Below are positions 1 through 13,620 of a DNA stretch of 64,000 nt, piece after piece. The notes below the pieces were generated by a model. The model was not told where the DNA came from and made no database searches. It worked only from the letters and a program-made list of their open reading frames with translations. Position 1 is the stretch's first letter; every line of letters begins with the position of its first letter. A program made the position numbers and the translations under genes. The DNA comes from Sphyrna mokarran (lineage: Eukaryota): contig JAGIQG010000021.1 in assembly GCA_024679065.1 (NCBI GenBank), forward strand, positions 20,088,001 to 20,152,000, written 5' to 3'.

Positions 1-373
1 TTAAGCCCACCTCTGCCCACCACTTATTCTTTTAACCTTGACCATGGCATTCCTAACCACTGAGTGCTGGGTGATTCCAATCCTGTTTAGTAAGCATATT
101 ATTTTGCAAACCCCACAGAAAGTCCTTGGGGTTCCATTGACCCCAGTCTGAAAATCATTGTATAAGGATTGATGTTCCTGCAGTTGCAAACACTATTTAG
201 ATATTCAAAACTAATAGTTTTGCAAGTGTGCTTTTCCCATTCAAATAGGTTGTCAGTGAAAAAGTAGACTTATCTTCAGCTTGGCAAACCTGCTCCTATA
301 ACCTTTATGTAACAAGCTAAAGATTTTTAGAATATTGTTTCAATTCTCTAGTATTTAATAATCTTTTAAACAG

Positions 374-399
374 TTTCATCTTCATCTTTGGTTAATCAG
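374..399 (+). CDS. Candidate 26-nt internal microexon of an unidentified upstream gene (xSSSSLVNQ)
   Basis: Flanked by ttttaaacag| and CAG|gtatgg. Open in phase 1 to phase 0. No recognisable protein identity. Confidence 0.25.
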
Positions 400-869
400 G
401 TATGGGATTGTAGCCCCAAGGTCACTGTGACATCTTCAGTCAAGTTCAAACTCCTTTCAGTGTATTCTAGGGCATACTTTGCAGAAGATCAGATTTCAGA
501 TTCAAATAAGTTTGGGCTGACTAAAAACATCTTTCTTTATGACATTTTATATAAAAATGATGATGCAATTAAACAGTTGATTCCAGAAATAATTTATTTG
601 ATGAAAAAGATAAGTTTACTACTTGTGGAGAGATTATAATGCCCATCAGTAGATGAGGAACCAGGAAATAACTGCAACAGATCTGTAAATGACATTTTAA
701 CCCTGCTATTGTGTTTGCGTATGACTTCTGGGTTTTCTGAGCAAATAGTGTCAATGGGCATGATGGCACCTTCATCATTGTATGTCAGCTGAATTATTTA
801 AAGGGATAATGAAAAGATGATGAATTTCGGAGGTAAGGGGACACAGGAAGCAATTTTAATGAATTTCCA

Positions 870-1960
870 CCATGTCGAGGCTGTGCCTCAATTCATAGAT
901 GCCTCCTTAGACTTCATGCTACAGTGTGCAAGGACTTGGAGGGAGATCCTTTTCACTACAGACTGAAGAAAGAAACTTGCCTCAGAGAATAATTGCTGCG
1001 GTTAGCAATAGAAATATGATGCCACACTCTTGAATAGGAAGTAGTTTAGTTATCAATTTAGATCTGGAAGGGTGAGTTTGATGGCACATTCAGCTACACT
1101 CTATATGTGCATACAAGTCTAATCTCTTTTTCTCTGTCTTCCAAAGCCTCTTCCTGCACATCATTCTTCACCCCAACTTGCCTTCCATGTGCATCTATTC
1201 CTGTATGTGCAGTGCCTTATAATATCCATTTGACAATTCACCACTGACACTCAGTGATCTTCAAAAACTTATGTTCATCACCTTTTGACACATACCATCA
1301 CTGTTACCTATAGGTTCTCCTCTCCCTCCTTGTTGTTGAAGAAAGCACAAAATACCCGATAGAGGCAAAGAACTGGAAGTGAGTTCACACATAATGATGT
1401 TGGGTGGGTTAGGAGGGTTGACTTGATATCAGCAAGCAGTAGAAAACAATCATGCACATAATAGTAACTTATTGCATTCTCCTCTTGACAGTTTGAATTC
1501 ACTACTTTTATATTGCACTGTCTCATCAAGTACTCTGCAGGAAATTATGCAAGATAAGGACAAAGATTCTTTTAAAGTGGTCACATACTCTGAAAGTACA
1601 CTATTATAGGACTCTTGCAGACCACGCTTTGGTTCAGATACACACTTCAGTGGGATTGGTAAGTTATAGTTATGCACAGAAATCAGCATGAGCTGATTTT
1701 GGGGATGGGGAGAGCAGTGAAGACTCCATATCGGAGACCATAGGATACTCTGCCCAGCCGGATGCATATACTGAATCCCACTGAGTTGAAGACAGGATAA
1801 TTCTGGAGTAGCAGCAACAAAAATGAGGTACTGGAAGAGTCTCTAACTGCTATGCATGCTTGCAATACGATTGGAGGGATCTGTCTGGAGAATGAGTGAT
1901 AATCGACATCCCTCATGTCAAGTGGGTGTATTGTTGACTTGAGCAACTGCCCTCTTTTTC
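870..1960. mobile_element. Degenerate PIF/Harbinger DNA transposon (Myb/SANT-like ORF remnant on +, DDE transposase remnant on -)
   Basis: From 886 (+) it reads PQFIDASLDFMLQCARTWREILFTTD*RKK, resembling the Harbinger Myb-like N-terminus. ORF 1683-1946 (-) VLQAC...SSSTSFLL...LGRVSYGLRYGVFTALPIP aligns by eye to ILQVCARYPGSxHDxFIL...LLGDxGYPLxxWLMTP, with an LHNF-like motif further downstream. Confidence 0.5.
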
Positions 1961-2029
1961 CACCTATCTTGCAATTCTCTCTCAGTTGTTGATTAAAAGA
2001 TCACCATTTTGGTCATGAATAGCAACTAT

Positions 2030-3010
2030 TCCCCATGTGTTGATGTTAAAAGAGCAGTGGTTTGTAGACGCTTTCCAATTATCTTTGAAATGTTATTTTG
2101 GCTTCTATGTGAGCAGTGTCCCTGGCATAGCTGAGTATTGCACCTATTTGGACTGTCTTGAGTCTTGCATTCTGATGACACGTCCCATCCATCCCAGCTG
2201 ATCTAAGGTTATCAAGGCCTCTACACTTTTGTGTTGCAATGACTTGAAGAATGATCATGTGTATTCTTTTGACCTCTCACTTAATTTGCAGGATCTTTTT
2301 AAGACAGTGTTGATAATGTTATTCTAGGGCCTTGATAAAGCATCTAGAAGTTGTCCAAACTTCAGCACCATGAAGAAATGTGGGGAGAATTACTGCCCAT
2401 TTAGTGTAAAGTCTGATAGCATGATTCTTGAAAATCCAAGGAGGTAATTTACCATAGGCTAAGCTAGCATATTAGGCAAACTTTCAGGATCTTAGGTGAC
2501 TTGCTGCCATCCCAATATGTGTAGAAAATGCTTCCATGATTTTTTTTTAATGCACTTACTACATGAGATGAATGGATGTCAGGCTCTGTAGTGAATATCT
2601 GCCATGTTCATAAATTGTGAAAAGCATCAGTGGTGTACCTCTTCACCAGTAATTTGGGATAGATAGATTCCAAGATATGGGAAGTGAGAGAGAGTTTCCA
2701 ATGCTGCACCATGAATCATAACTGAATTGAATTTGGTGATGTCAGTCTTCAAGGCAAATCCCCTGCTCTTGTAGGTTCTTGTGTGCCTAGCTAAACTCAC
2801 AATATCGTCCATCAGCTACGTAGAATGCAAGCACTTCACAATGGATACCTTCCCTATTAAAGCAAGCACCAAACAAGGGTGTCATTGCACTAACACTATT
2901 AATCTTTCTCGCAGCTCACTACTAACAAGCTTCCTCCCAAGTGCGGTGTCGACATTTTGCGCTGATGGTAAACTCTTCAAACTGGCAAAAAGCCAAGATA
3001 ACAATCTTTT
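2030..3010 (-). mobile_element. Highly decayed RTE-clade LINE fragment (RT C-terminal region)
   Basis: Minus-strand remnants LETLSHFPYLGIYLS (ORF 2627-2812) and a QL(R)WxGxVIRMQDSRxxKQ-like segment near 2150-2200. Many stops and frameshifts. Confidence 0.5.
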
Positions 3011-4883
3011 CTATAATAGAGCTACAGTATGCTGATTACACACACATTAGTGCTCACTGAAGAAGAACTACAACATAGGAGTGTGTGTCGTGATAACAGA
3101 GCTCTTGGAAAGAGTGACCTTTTATACGGAGTATCAACTGTATGCAGGCCTTCACCAATGGTTTTCACAATTTTTATGTTGAGATGAAAAAGGATAGATA
3201 TCTAGTCTTAACTCTTTGGTACCTAACTGCTGTGCCACAAAGTTCTCTCCAGCTCATTGCAAGCAGGGCAGAGCAGTGCACCATGAGAATGAAGATGGAG
3301 AAGGTGTGGAGTAGGTAGGGACTCTGCTCAGAGCACCTCCAGTCAGTGCCTATGGGCTGTTTGGTTTCTAAGTATCTTAGCTTACCACTGTACGGATGTG
3401 CCTCCTGGCTGTACTGAAGTGACAGGGGCTGGCATCACTTTTGAGTAGCAGAAAAAGAGCAAAGATAGTCGTACAAAAATATGCTTATGGATGTGTTTCA
3501 CAATGTTATGTTATTAAGTTTCTGTTTAGTTTTCGAGACATCTACAAAGTACTTACACCAACTTCTCACCTTGCCTGCTTTTGCTTGCTGCCTGTCAAAT
3601 AGCAACTTTACTTGTGATAAATGGCAAGAAAAGACCAAATCAAGCAATGGATGTCTGTGAAAGGGATGTTTTGTTTGCATTGGAAGGAAGAGGGGTGCAG
3701 TGATAACTGGGTTCAGCATATGTTTGCCAGGTGGCTACAGTGGTATAACCTAAAAGATTCTGCCATCGTGGAGGGGGAGGGGGGGCACCCTCGGCAGCAA
3801 TTTGACCTGCTGCTCGTGGTCATATCATGTCCCTCCTCTCTACATTGCTATTCCTGCAGCTGCAGTTGTTGCTGGTTTATAGTGTAAGGTCATTACAAAT
3901 CTGTCAAGGCACCCGAAGCTTCATCATCTCAATTACTTACTCAGACATATCTTGGTGTGTTATGGCTTTAATTCTGGTACTCATAGGTCTTATTGCTTGA
4001 CCTTCTCCAAGGTGTCGTCAGCATCATTTAAATCTTTGTCCTTCAGCAGCCAGCTGATAATTCTGTTCCAAGAACTCTGGGAGATTGAGCAGACAGTGAA
4101 TGCATCTGCCTGGGAATCTTACACATTTTATTGATTACGACAAGTTCCACATGGAAGACTGGAAACCCTGACTGTTCACAAACTCATTTGGGTGGCTTGA
4201 TTGCCATGTGTGCAGGCAGTGATGTCCTCCATGCCTGAGGGGACTGAAATGCCTTATCCACCCTGTTGATCGCTTTTTGATTTGATGTTTTAAGTTTCAT
4301 TTGTGATTTGCTTTTTGATTCAGGCAGTATCCTCAAAAGGGGCTATCCCTTCATTCTGTATCCTCAGTTTGTTTGATCTATTTTAATTGATTTGTCAAAA
4401 TAGGACAATGATGTCCTACAAAACATTGAGAAGCCAGCCAGAGCTGCAAACTCAAGCATCATTCATCCTGATTGTTTGCATCAGTGGCAAAGTGTATGTG
4501 ATTATCTCGGCTGGCAAAGATGGCATTGGTCACTTGTGTGATGCATTTATGGGCGACTGACCATAACATTGTGCAAATATTTCATGCAGATCCCTGGAAA
4601 GAATCTGTGGAAAATAAGTTGAAAGCAATGGTTACTTTGACAAACAACCAGTAAAGTCTGAACATCAGATGCCCTTGGCAGCAGGCGGTCTTCCACCAGG
4701 TTGCTGATGTTTGCAACAACCTGACAGGATGCCCCAAGCTTCTTGAGGCATTGGTATTAAGTCGTCTCTAGGATACTAATCCTGTGGCTATACATACCCT
4801 GTGTTTAGGTCATCGCCTTCTGCAAAGCTGTACCTCAGTGTTCATCTGCATTCCATGGTTAAGCAACACCCATTCTGAGATAT

Positions 4884-4977
4884 AGTGAGAAGTCTCACAA
4901 CACCAAGTTGAAGTTTTTTATTTAGTTTATTTGGAATCATGAGTTTTTGGAGTGCTGCTCCTTCATCAGGTGAGTGG
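4884..4977 (-). mobile_element. Short Penelope-type terminal repeat (family 2) with decayed hammerhead motif
   Basis: Minus strand reads CAC CTGATGA A GGAGC AGC ACTCC AAAA ACTC ATG...GGTGTTGTGAGACTTCTCAC. The same tail recurs at 6250-6310 and 32394-32470. Confidence 0.6.
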
Positions 4978-6249
4978 GTCTTAGATCTTATTCTTAGATA
5001 TCCAAGTCAGATGAAAGTGGAGATCAGATGCACAACCTCCAGTGCAGTAAAAGTCACCTCCAAAGCAGCAGAAGCCACTAAAAGCAAACTTTCAGAATGA
5101 GCCCTGTGAGGAAAAGCCTTTCAGTAGGCAAGGAGGCAGGTGTGAAATCTCAGTACTTGGGGATTTTTGCCTGTTGTATGTACAGCCCCTTCAATTGCTG
5201 CTATTATCTTGCTTTGCTTTCACTGGAGAGTTTCAAGAAGGCTGGGACACCTGTGCACCCACAGTTAAAGTTGAAACCCCCTGTTAAGATAGCTGTTAAT
5301 TACCTTGTAACATATTTAAATTGACATCCTGCCTCTCCCAAGGGGCTTTCTTGCATGCAGCTGAGCAAGCTGCACTTAAATACAAATGTTGATAGGTTGG
5401 AACTGGCTTTCCAACACTGTTGATTAAAACATTTTTAACCACTCGCCACTCTCAACGAACCTGCTGTGTGAAGTTAAAATTTCTCCACGTGTTTTTTAAA
5501 ATGCAGTTCAAGTTATTGTAAAACATTGCAAAATACTTTCCCTGTCACTTTTTATGACTTTCTGTATTTACCCTTCCCATGTGAAGATTTGTTTTAAAAT
5601 TGTTTCTGAAATCTTAAAAGCTTTGGAAAATCTCTGGAGGTTTTGGACATTTTCAATTGAAGGTTGTAGTTTAAAAAACGTACATTTGTGGTTGAGGGAA
5701 TGGGGGCAATAGCAAACAAATTTGAAATATCAGTGTGGGTATTGATAGCTTCATGTTGTCAAAATTTCACAGATGTGCTTATCAAAGTCCTGCGGTTTCA
5801 ATAGAACAATGCTAGGCTATGTTGGCAACTAAACCCTCTGGCCACACCCTAGATACCAGAAATCATTGTTCCAGTGCAGCACAATTTATTCTCATGTCCT
5901 AACTAGACTTTAGAATATTTCAAGGTTACATGTTTGAACTTCAAAAGATTCAAACACTTCAGTATCACTCCATGATATCTCTAAATAAAATCATTGCAAA
6001 TTCTCCAGGGTTTTGTATTTTCATATTTAAGTACCTCATTGTTAAAGTTGTTGTGGTATCAGATGGTTTGTATGAGGTTTAAAAGAGGTGCCTACTGGAA
6101 TACTATAGATAAAATGGTCATTGTAAATATTTAGAAATTAATGAAAGTGGTTTTATCTCACCTGCTTTAGTTTGAATATAGCAGTCACATCATTGTCTTG
6201 TGTTATAAATTAGATTCTGTTGCTTTTCAAACCATTTATTATTAAACGT

Positions 6250-6310
6250 TCAAACGTTTACTATCAAATAAACTGGTTGGACTTTAACCTGGTGTTGTGA
6301 GACTTCTTAC
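6250..6310 (+). repeat. 3' fragment of family-2 short repeat
   Basis: aaataaactggttggactttaacctggtgttgtgagacttcttac matches the reverse complement of 4884-4935. Confidence 0.6.
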
Positions 6311-6594
6311 CCTTTTCAAACCGGCCATTGAAATTGAAGGTATTAATTTTTCTAAACTTTCAAACTGACAACAATATGCTACTGTTTTAATAAATCTGGC
6401 AGAAGATTATTTCAAATATAGCAAGCATTTCATTCTTTCAGTATGTTTGGTTTCCATAATGCAAAGTCCAGTTTTTTTCAATAATGGTGCTTTTGAAATG
6501 TTCTTTTATTATTGATCTTATTTGAGTAAGATCCAGGGTTATAGTGTATAACATCAACTTGCTATTCTATTACACCTCTTCCATTGCTCTCCAG

Positions 6595-6615
6595 GTAATA
6601 GCTGCAGAACTATAA
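6595..6615 (+). CDS. Candidate terminal coding exon A (VIAAEL*) of the unidentified upstream gene
   Basis: Strong polypyrimidine acceptor acacctcttccattgctctccag| followed by gta ata gct gca gaa cta taa. Confidence 0.2.
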   Translation, partial: VIAAEL

Positions 6616-9600
6616 AGATTATATTGATTGCTCAAAAATGGATGGAATGATGATCTTACAGAATTTAAAGCCTGTCTAAATGTTGCTTTAGGTCAGTAAA
6701 AGGCTTTAATGTTAATATTTAACATTAAAGATGAATTTTGTTCTCTAAAGTTGAAAGCAGTTACATTATTGTCTAGCAGAGAGAACTGGAACACCTTCAA
6801 ACTGTGCACTTATATTGTACATCAAAGTGTTTTGTTGTTATGTTAGAAGTCTGACTTTACCTTTCCTGTTATGAATCAAAATTGTTATAAACTTGTCACA
6901 TTAGAGTTTCAAGTTACATCCAGAGTATAGGTTATACTATAAAGATCAACCTTAGTGAAGAGGGGACTGGCTGCTTGCTTGTGTTAGAACATGGCTCTTT
7001 CATGTCCAGAATTTAGATTGTTCGATGTGATGGTAGTGTGTAATGAAGGGCTGAGCAATATTCACTCCGGGAAGATTGGCTGTTTTATCTGATGACACCT
7101 GGCTGATGTGAGCATATTGGACCGATGTTTTCATCTAGAAATCAGGTGCTATAAAGGTTAGAAAGATGATTTGACTTGTCATCCATGTTTGAAACTTCTG
7201 ATTGTTTTTAAGCTCCCTGATTTGAAATTTGTAATGAGTTTATTGTTTTAAATGGCAACAGAATCAGTGAAAATAGGAATTGGCAGTGAGCCCTAAATGA
7301 TGAAGGGAAAAATCAGCAGGAGCATTTATGCAAAATTATTCTGGTTTCAAAACATTTAATCTTGTGAAAAGAAGCTTTTAAAAGGATGCATCTAACAATC
7401 TGGGACCATTATTTATGTTCCTACTTTTAGATGCTGTATCTGAGCGGCAACTTGCAGTTATCTAGTGGTACTTTACATTTTTTTGATCATTAAAAACCTA
7501 TCTGGCAATTTCAACATCTTGAAATGATAACAATTTTCCTACCCATAGAGTTTGTGGTAGTATTAAAATATGTACTGAATTACCACTTTAAATCCTGTGG
7601 ATAAAATTTCAGTCAATGTGCATTTACCATATATCAAAATGATAAATCAAGTATCATGTTACAGTCCATTCTATTTTTTAATGAATATGGATTTCATATT
7701 GTACCTAATAAACTCAGTACTGTACAATAAACTCTTCAGAATACTGAATTTGGATGGCAAGCAGAGTGTTACGAAAAGTTTCCTTAATAGGGGAATAATA
7801 AATGATATTGTTTCAAGTGATAGTTATTGTGATTTTCCAGAAAGAAATGTTCTGTGAACTCCAAACAGTACTAACTTCATGTCAGGGTGTGGGGAACACC
7901 CTGTTTACCCTGGAGCCCCCCCAGGCAGACATCCAAAATCTGCTCCAGCCTGATAATCCCAACATCACTCCTGGCTGATTGGCCTAGGAGTTAAAATTCC
8001 CTCGTATAGAACATTCCATGCTTATTTCCCTCCTATCTATCCAAGCAACCCCCGTCCCCTTCCCCAAGTTAAAGTCAAACATGTCTAAAATGTCTCTGCA
8101 TTGTTCTTTGAAAATATGTTTGGATTTCTTTTTAAAGACAATGTGAAATGTTGCAACCTTCCAGATTTAAGTACTATATTGGTTGAGCACTTCAAAATTA
8201 CAATGCAGTATTTATCTAGCTTGTAAATATCACTTGCTTAATGATCTCCTTATATAAATCTTTAAGCTAGAGTGTCCATTCTACTCAGGAATTCCTACTT
8301 TACATCTGTTGTAGAAAATCTAAATGTACTGTCTAACAGTACTACTGAACCTTTAGACTGCCTTGTATCTTATAAATATATTTGAAATCATGCAGTGCAG
8401 GATGGTCCAAAAGTTGAATAAAATCCCAAAATGTGTTTTGTCAAATGGAAGTAATTTCTGTGTTTTCTACCTTGCTCCTGTTGCCTTGGCTGTATTGCAA
8501 GGGCATTTATTTAGGTCAGTGTGTGAATGCCGGTGTCTGTGCTACACTGGCAATAATAGGAAATATAGAAATATGTTTTTGTAAAAAAAAAAATTGATTC
8601 TGTTAATAGGCTGGATGCAATGCTGAAACATTGTGGAATTTCTGAATCAATTGAATTTTGATAAGTAGGGTGAAGATGTTCTTTATCAGATGTGTGTTAA
8701 GGATATTAAGTGAAATGACTAGTTTCAATTCAGTTCCTTATTAACATGAGTCCACAGCATAATACTGTCTGAGCAACCAACTGAGCACTGTGCTCAGAAT
8801 GTAATGAAGTGCATGACGTTGCTAGATCTTACTATTACACACACCTTCTGTACATTTACATGGACTTCAGTTCAGCAGCATTGCTTGAAATATTTCTAGA
8901 AACTACTGGTGTGAGCCTGAGAGAAGACAGAGTTTGAATTTGGACTGCTCCAACTTGTGCTTTCCCCCAGCCTCAATATGGAATTTTGTCAACACTACAA
9001 GTATTATCAGATGCAAGTGCCAACTAGGGATTTATTTCTATAGATTGTTGCCAGTATGTCATATTGCGTTAGTAGAAAGAGTAGGCAGAGCAGGAGTCGA
9101 TTTTGGTTTTATGTGGGTGTTGCGGGAAAATCAAAGATTAAAGATTTGGAGGGTGGGGGTGAGGTTTCCACATGTTGTGTGGATCTGGACCTTACACAAG
9201 TAACAATGCTGTACAACTCATTTTTAAATGACTTTTGTTTTGAAACACTTGTATTCCATCATAAATCTAAGAACTTGTATATTCCAGCACAAGAAATGAA
9301 TATTTTGCCCATACCCTACCATTTCTGTCTCATCATAGCTACAATATTATGTTTTTTTAAAACCACTTTCAACATAAATTTTTCTGCGAGCACAATTAAA
9401 TAGAAGCTGTCAATGTTTAAAATTGTTAAGCGGATAGGAGTTCAAATTGTGAAAACTGTGAACACAAATTGTGTTGGAAGTGACCTATTTTTACAATGGG
9501 GGATTTACTTTGTCCTGAAAACTGCAAACCCTTAAGCTAAACTTGAACTTATATACCCTGCCTGCTGGCTTGATCGTTTTACTGAAGTTTAATGAGAGAC

Positions 9601-9621
9601 TGTTATTTTGCCCTTTCTCAG

Positions 9622-9650
9622 GGGAAGATTTAAAGCGTGTTGAATTGTAG
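9622..9650 (+). CDS. Candidate terminal exon B (GKI* in phase 0, or EDLKRVEL* in phase 1) followed by a long UTR-like tract
   Basis: Acceptor tgttattttgccctttctcag|. Followed by ~2.5 kb of repeat-poor, AT/TG-rich sequence with AATAAA signals. Confidence 0.25.
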
Positions 9651-12600
9651 AAATGCAGATTTAGGCATAGATTTGATTTTGACGCATCTCTGTTTTAAAA
9701 ATGGAACAGGTTTTGTATTTTGATTATTCTTTTTCTTTAAAGCAAACATTGTGGTCAACAGACTGTATGTCTGTCAAATGCTGTATGGAGGAACCAAAAG
9801 GAAGCCAGTGGTTTTAACAAGTGGATACAGAAGCTTAAACATGTAGAAAGCTGTGACCCAGTGCTAATTAAGCAAAGGAGATTTTCTTTCATGTCCTAAT
9901 GCCTGTTCCTCAAATTCCTTTTTAATCAAAAACATGGCAATTTATCTAACTTCACTTCCAGTAAGTATCCCTGTAGGCAAAAAGAGATCTTTTTGAAGTG
10001 ATTGTTTTGTTTAAAATAGCATTTTACTATGTTTTTATATAAAAATCTAAGTAATTGACACATCCAAACGATTTTAAATAAATTAGATAAATTGGCCTGT
10101 TGTTATTATTTCCCCTACACTTGTTTGTTTTTAAACTGGTGTAATGTGGTATTCCATTAGGGAAGCACTGTGAAGTTATCTGTTTTGAAATATATACTGT
10201 GTGTACTGCATAACTTTTTAAAACCTGGCATTTATGGATCTGTGTATTCTCTGATTAGTTAACTTATAATGATGGATGGCTCTGTTATGATATTCACCAT
10301 GGAAATAATTATTTCTAGAATGTGATGGTATTGCATGTTTGAATTGCAAAATAATGGTATCAAAATTTTTTCATTCAATTTTCCATTAGACTTTTGCACT
10401 TCAATCAGTTGTATAAATTGATATCATCGCAATCTTAGAATTCTTTAAAGAACTCATGCCTGTAAATTAAATCATTTCTGGATTTATTGGATCTTGTATT
10501 GAACGTTTGCTGTTGAACTTGATACTTGCTCAGGTTTAGTTTGCTTACAGCAGTACTTCTGAAATAGGCATGGTCATTTCAAAATTAATTGTAAATTTTA
10601 TGTCCTAATAACATTTATCCTAATGATAGTGTATAAGAAATGTGATAAAGCTCAAGTCTAGTTGTGGTTCCATGATGGAATACTGCTCTGTTTAGAACAG
10701 TCAAAAGCAATTTTGACCAATTTCATTTATAGCAATGGATTGGAAACACTGGTTGGTTTTAATTGGTGCTAAAACAGTTACATCAATGAGTGAACGATCA
10801 ATGTAGACTCTCTCTCTCTCCTTCTCTCTCTCTCATTCACTTGGTTCATCACTGTTTCTAAAAGCAATGTTCTGTCTCAGTATACACAAGTGCCTGAGGT
10901 TCAGTTTTATACAGTGGTGTATAGTAATTGCAAAATTCTGGTATTAGTAAAAAAAAACTCCACAGGGCAGCTAATATAAAGTGTAGTATTTGAGGTATGA
11001 ATTTGTTCTCAATCTTGACTTAATCTGGGAGATATTAATTTGAGTTCAGAGAAAGATCACAACCGAAATCTGTTCTAAGCAGTTTTTTCCTTAAAGTGTG
11101 CTGAATTTATACTTTGATTCATTCCCTATTAGGCCCAATATTAAAGTGGTACAGAGTGGAATTATAAAACTGATGCTACAGCTTCTGCTTTACTGTGGCA
11201 GAGATGCATAAATCAGAACAATGCAAGGGAAAACAGTTCTAGAAATAAGGCCATATGTATTTTGATTTTCGAAGACCTTGAGGTGAGACAATGATAGCAA
11301 TCAACTTTGACTCAATCAAGCTGATATATTTAGCTATCAAACAACAATTTTATCCAAAAAGTATTTATGTTTATACCTACATAGTACAGTTCAGACTATA
11401 GGTTGAGCAAACTTTTTGTTCTGAGAAAAAAAGTTAATCTCTTGTAGATAGTTCTCAGTACTAAGAAATTAACTACTACACATCAATATCATTTGCTCTC
11501 CTGCCCATCTCTTTCAACCTGCCCTCCTTTTGTACCAGCTCAAATTGTTACTAAATAAGGCAAGGTTCCTCTGCTCCTCCCAAGAACTTTTTGTTGCCAT
11601 ATAAGTTGTTTTTCTGCATTTCTGATCACAACTGGCCCACTGGTTAAGAAGTTTGCTTTTGAGGTTTGCTGAACTGGTAGTTCACTTATTATTCTTCAGC
11701 TTCAGATGTAACATTGCTTATTATCATGTTCTTACAGTGCATTATCATGAATCCTGGCTCTTATACTTCTGCACCCAGACTTAGGAATGTGGCACAGAAT
11801 GTATGAGGGGAAAGTTCTATTTTCAGAACTGTCATCTTTAATTTTGAAGAAAGCCACACACTAGTGAGATCCACAGAATCTGATGTAAAGCAAGCTGTAT
11901 GAATACATAAAGTACTGTACTTAAATGTTTAATGTACTTTATCTTACATGACCAACCTAATAAAACCCGTGATGGGTTATGATATTTTTGAGCTGCCCAG
12001 TTTTGTACAGGAAAGTATGGTATGCTTTTAAGTATGTGCACTAAAGCTTCATAAACATCGATTGTCTTGAAGTTTGCACTTTCAGTTTGTCTGCTGAAAG
12101 AAGGAATGCAATCTGTGTTATTTGTAAATTTGCATTAATGTTCATTGTGATGTATCTGGTAAGCACAATTGTAAAACAAGTTCTTAACAAAGCTATTGCT
12201 CTTTCTTTGACCTACATTTGAAAGCTGATAATAAGTCATGCATATTCATTTCTGTCTGTGATATAGATTGTATGCATATGTTGAATCTGGGAGAAGGTTT
12301 GCCAAAGGTTTTTTCATTATTCATAGTTTATGCCTCTGAATTGCTACTGAGGTAAAACCTGATCTAAATGCTGAAGGGAAACTTTGTTTACACTCAAAAG
12401 TGATTTTGTTTACAATTGAAAAGTCAATTCTACAGATAGTCCTTGCCCTCGATAGATTGGGTAAGACTGTGATATCCTCAGTTATGAAGTGACACTTTTT
12501 GATTCAGTGATGGGGAGCCAACCTACCCATCTGTGGTAGAGAAAGAGGAGTTATGAGCCCAGAAACTTAGCAACTTCTATGCTTCTGATCATTTCATCTC

Positions 12601-13119
12601 CTTGGTCCCATTGGAGTAGCAAGGCCCTTGATAACATAATAACAAATATATGATTTTTACTATTAGACATGCAGCTATCCTTGATCATATTATAAATGAT
12701 TTCAACTATTATTTGGTCTCCTTTGGTTTTAAATTAGGACATTAATTTTAATATTTACATTATATGTTTTGAAAGATTAAATTTATGTGCTGGTCAGCAA
12801 TAAGATTCTGGTTTTAGATGCAACTTTTAACAATGTCAGTGGCTTGTTCTCTCAAGAGATTAAAAAAACATAACTTTCACACATGCTTCAATCATCTTTA
12901 AAATGCAGAATTACTTGTTCAATCTCAGGCTTTTTCTTCCAAAGAATAATGTGAATCTTGAATTGTTTGATTTGAGAAATAAAGTGATGGAAAACTCTAA
13001 TGTCTTGGTAAACTTTTTCTTAGTATGAATTTTTCCACTTATACAGCACTTAAAATGCATTAAAATACTCCTCCTGAGGGCAGCACCATGAAAATGTGTC
13101 TTTATTCAGTTTACAAAGA

Positions 13120-13620
13120 CATGTGCAGATGGGGGAGGTTATTCAACCTGTCTAGCTCATTCTTCCATAGAAAGCAGTGATGTCTTTTCCTCAATCTTGA
13201 ATTTGATTTCCATTAATGGCCCTTTGTCTTGCAGTTGAAGTTTAAATTAATTTCTTATTCCGATTTCCCTCTCTCAGTAAGTTTGGTATCTTGCATTCCT
13301 TTATGTTACCTTTCATTCAATTCATTTCAAGATTGAAAGGCTTGCATTTTTCTAGCCAATCCTCTTAATTCAATCTTCTGTCATTTAAAGTCATCTTTGT
13401 GGTCTCTTTTGGCATTACTTTCAGGGACTGGATGTTTCCTTCTCATCTGGATAACTAGATCTACACACACTCCTCAAAGTGACCTGACTAAAGCACTGTA
13501 CAGTGTAAACATGACTGCATCAGACTTGCCATCTGGCAATGTGGCTTAGCATTCTGATTCATTGTTTGCGAGTCCCTAGCTGATTCAACATAGTCTGTTA
13601 AATTGTCTCCTGTTCTTGAA
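13120..13620 (-). mobile_element. Decayed CR1 LINE 3' fragment
   Basis: Resembles antisense CR1 ORF2 end (...aactagatctacacacactcctcaaagtgacctgactaaagcactgtacag...). Similar to 22900-23100. Confidence 0.45.

Noticed and set aside
9622-9650. P4HTM assignment from the RVEL C-terminus
   Set aside because: Only four residues match, and no preceding P4HTM sequence is present.
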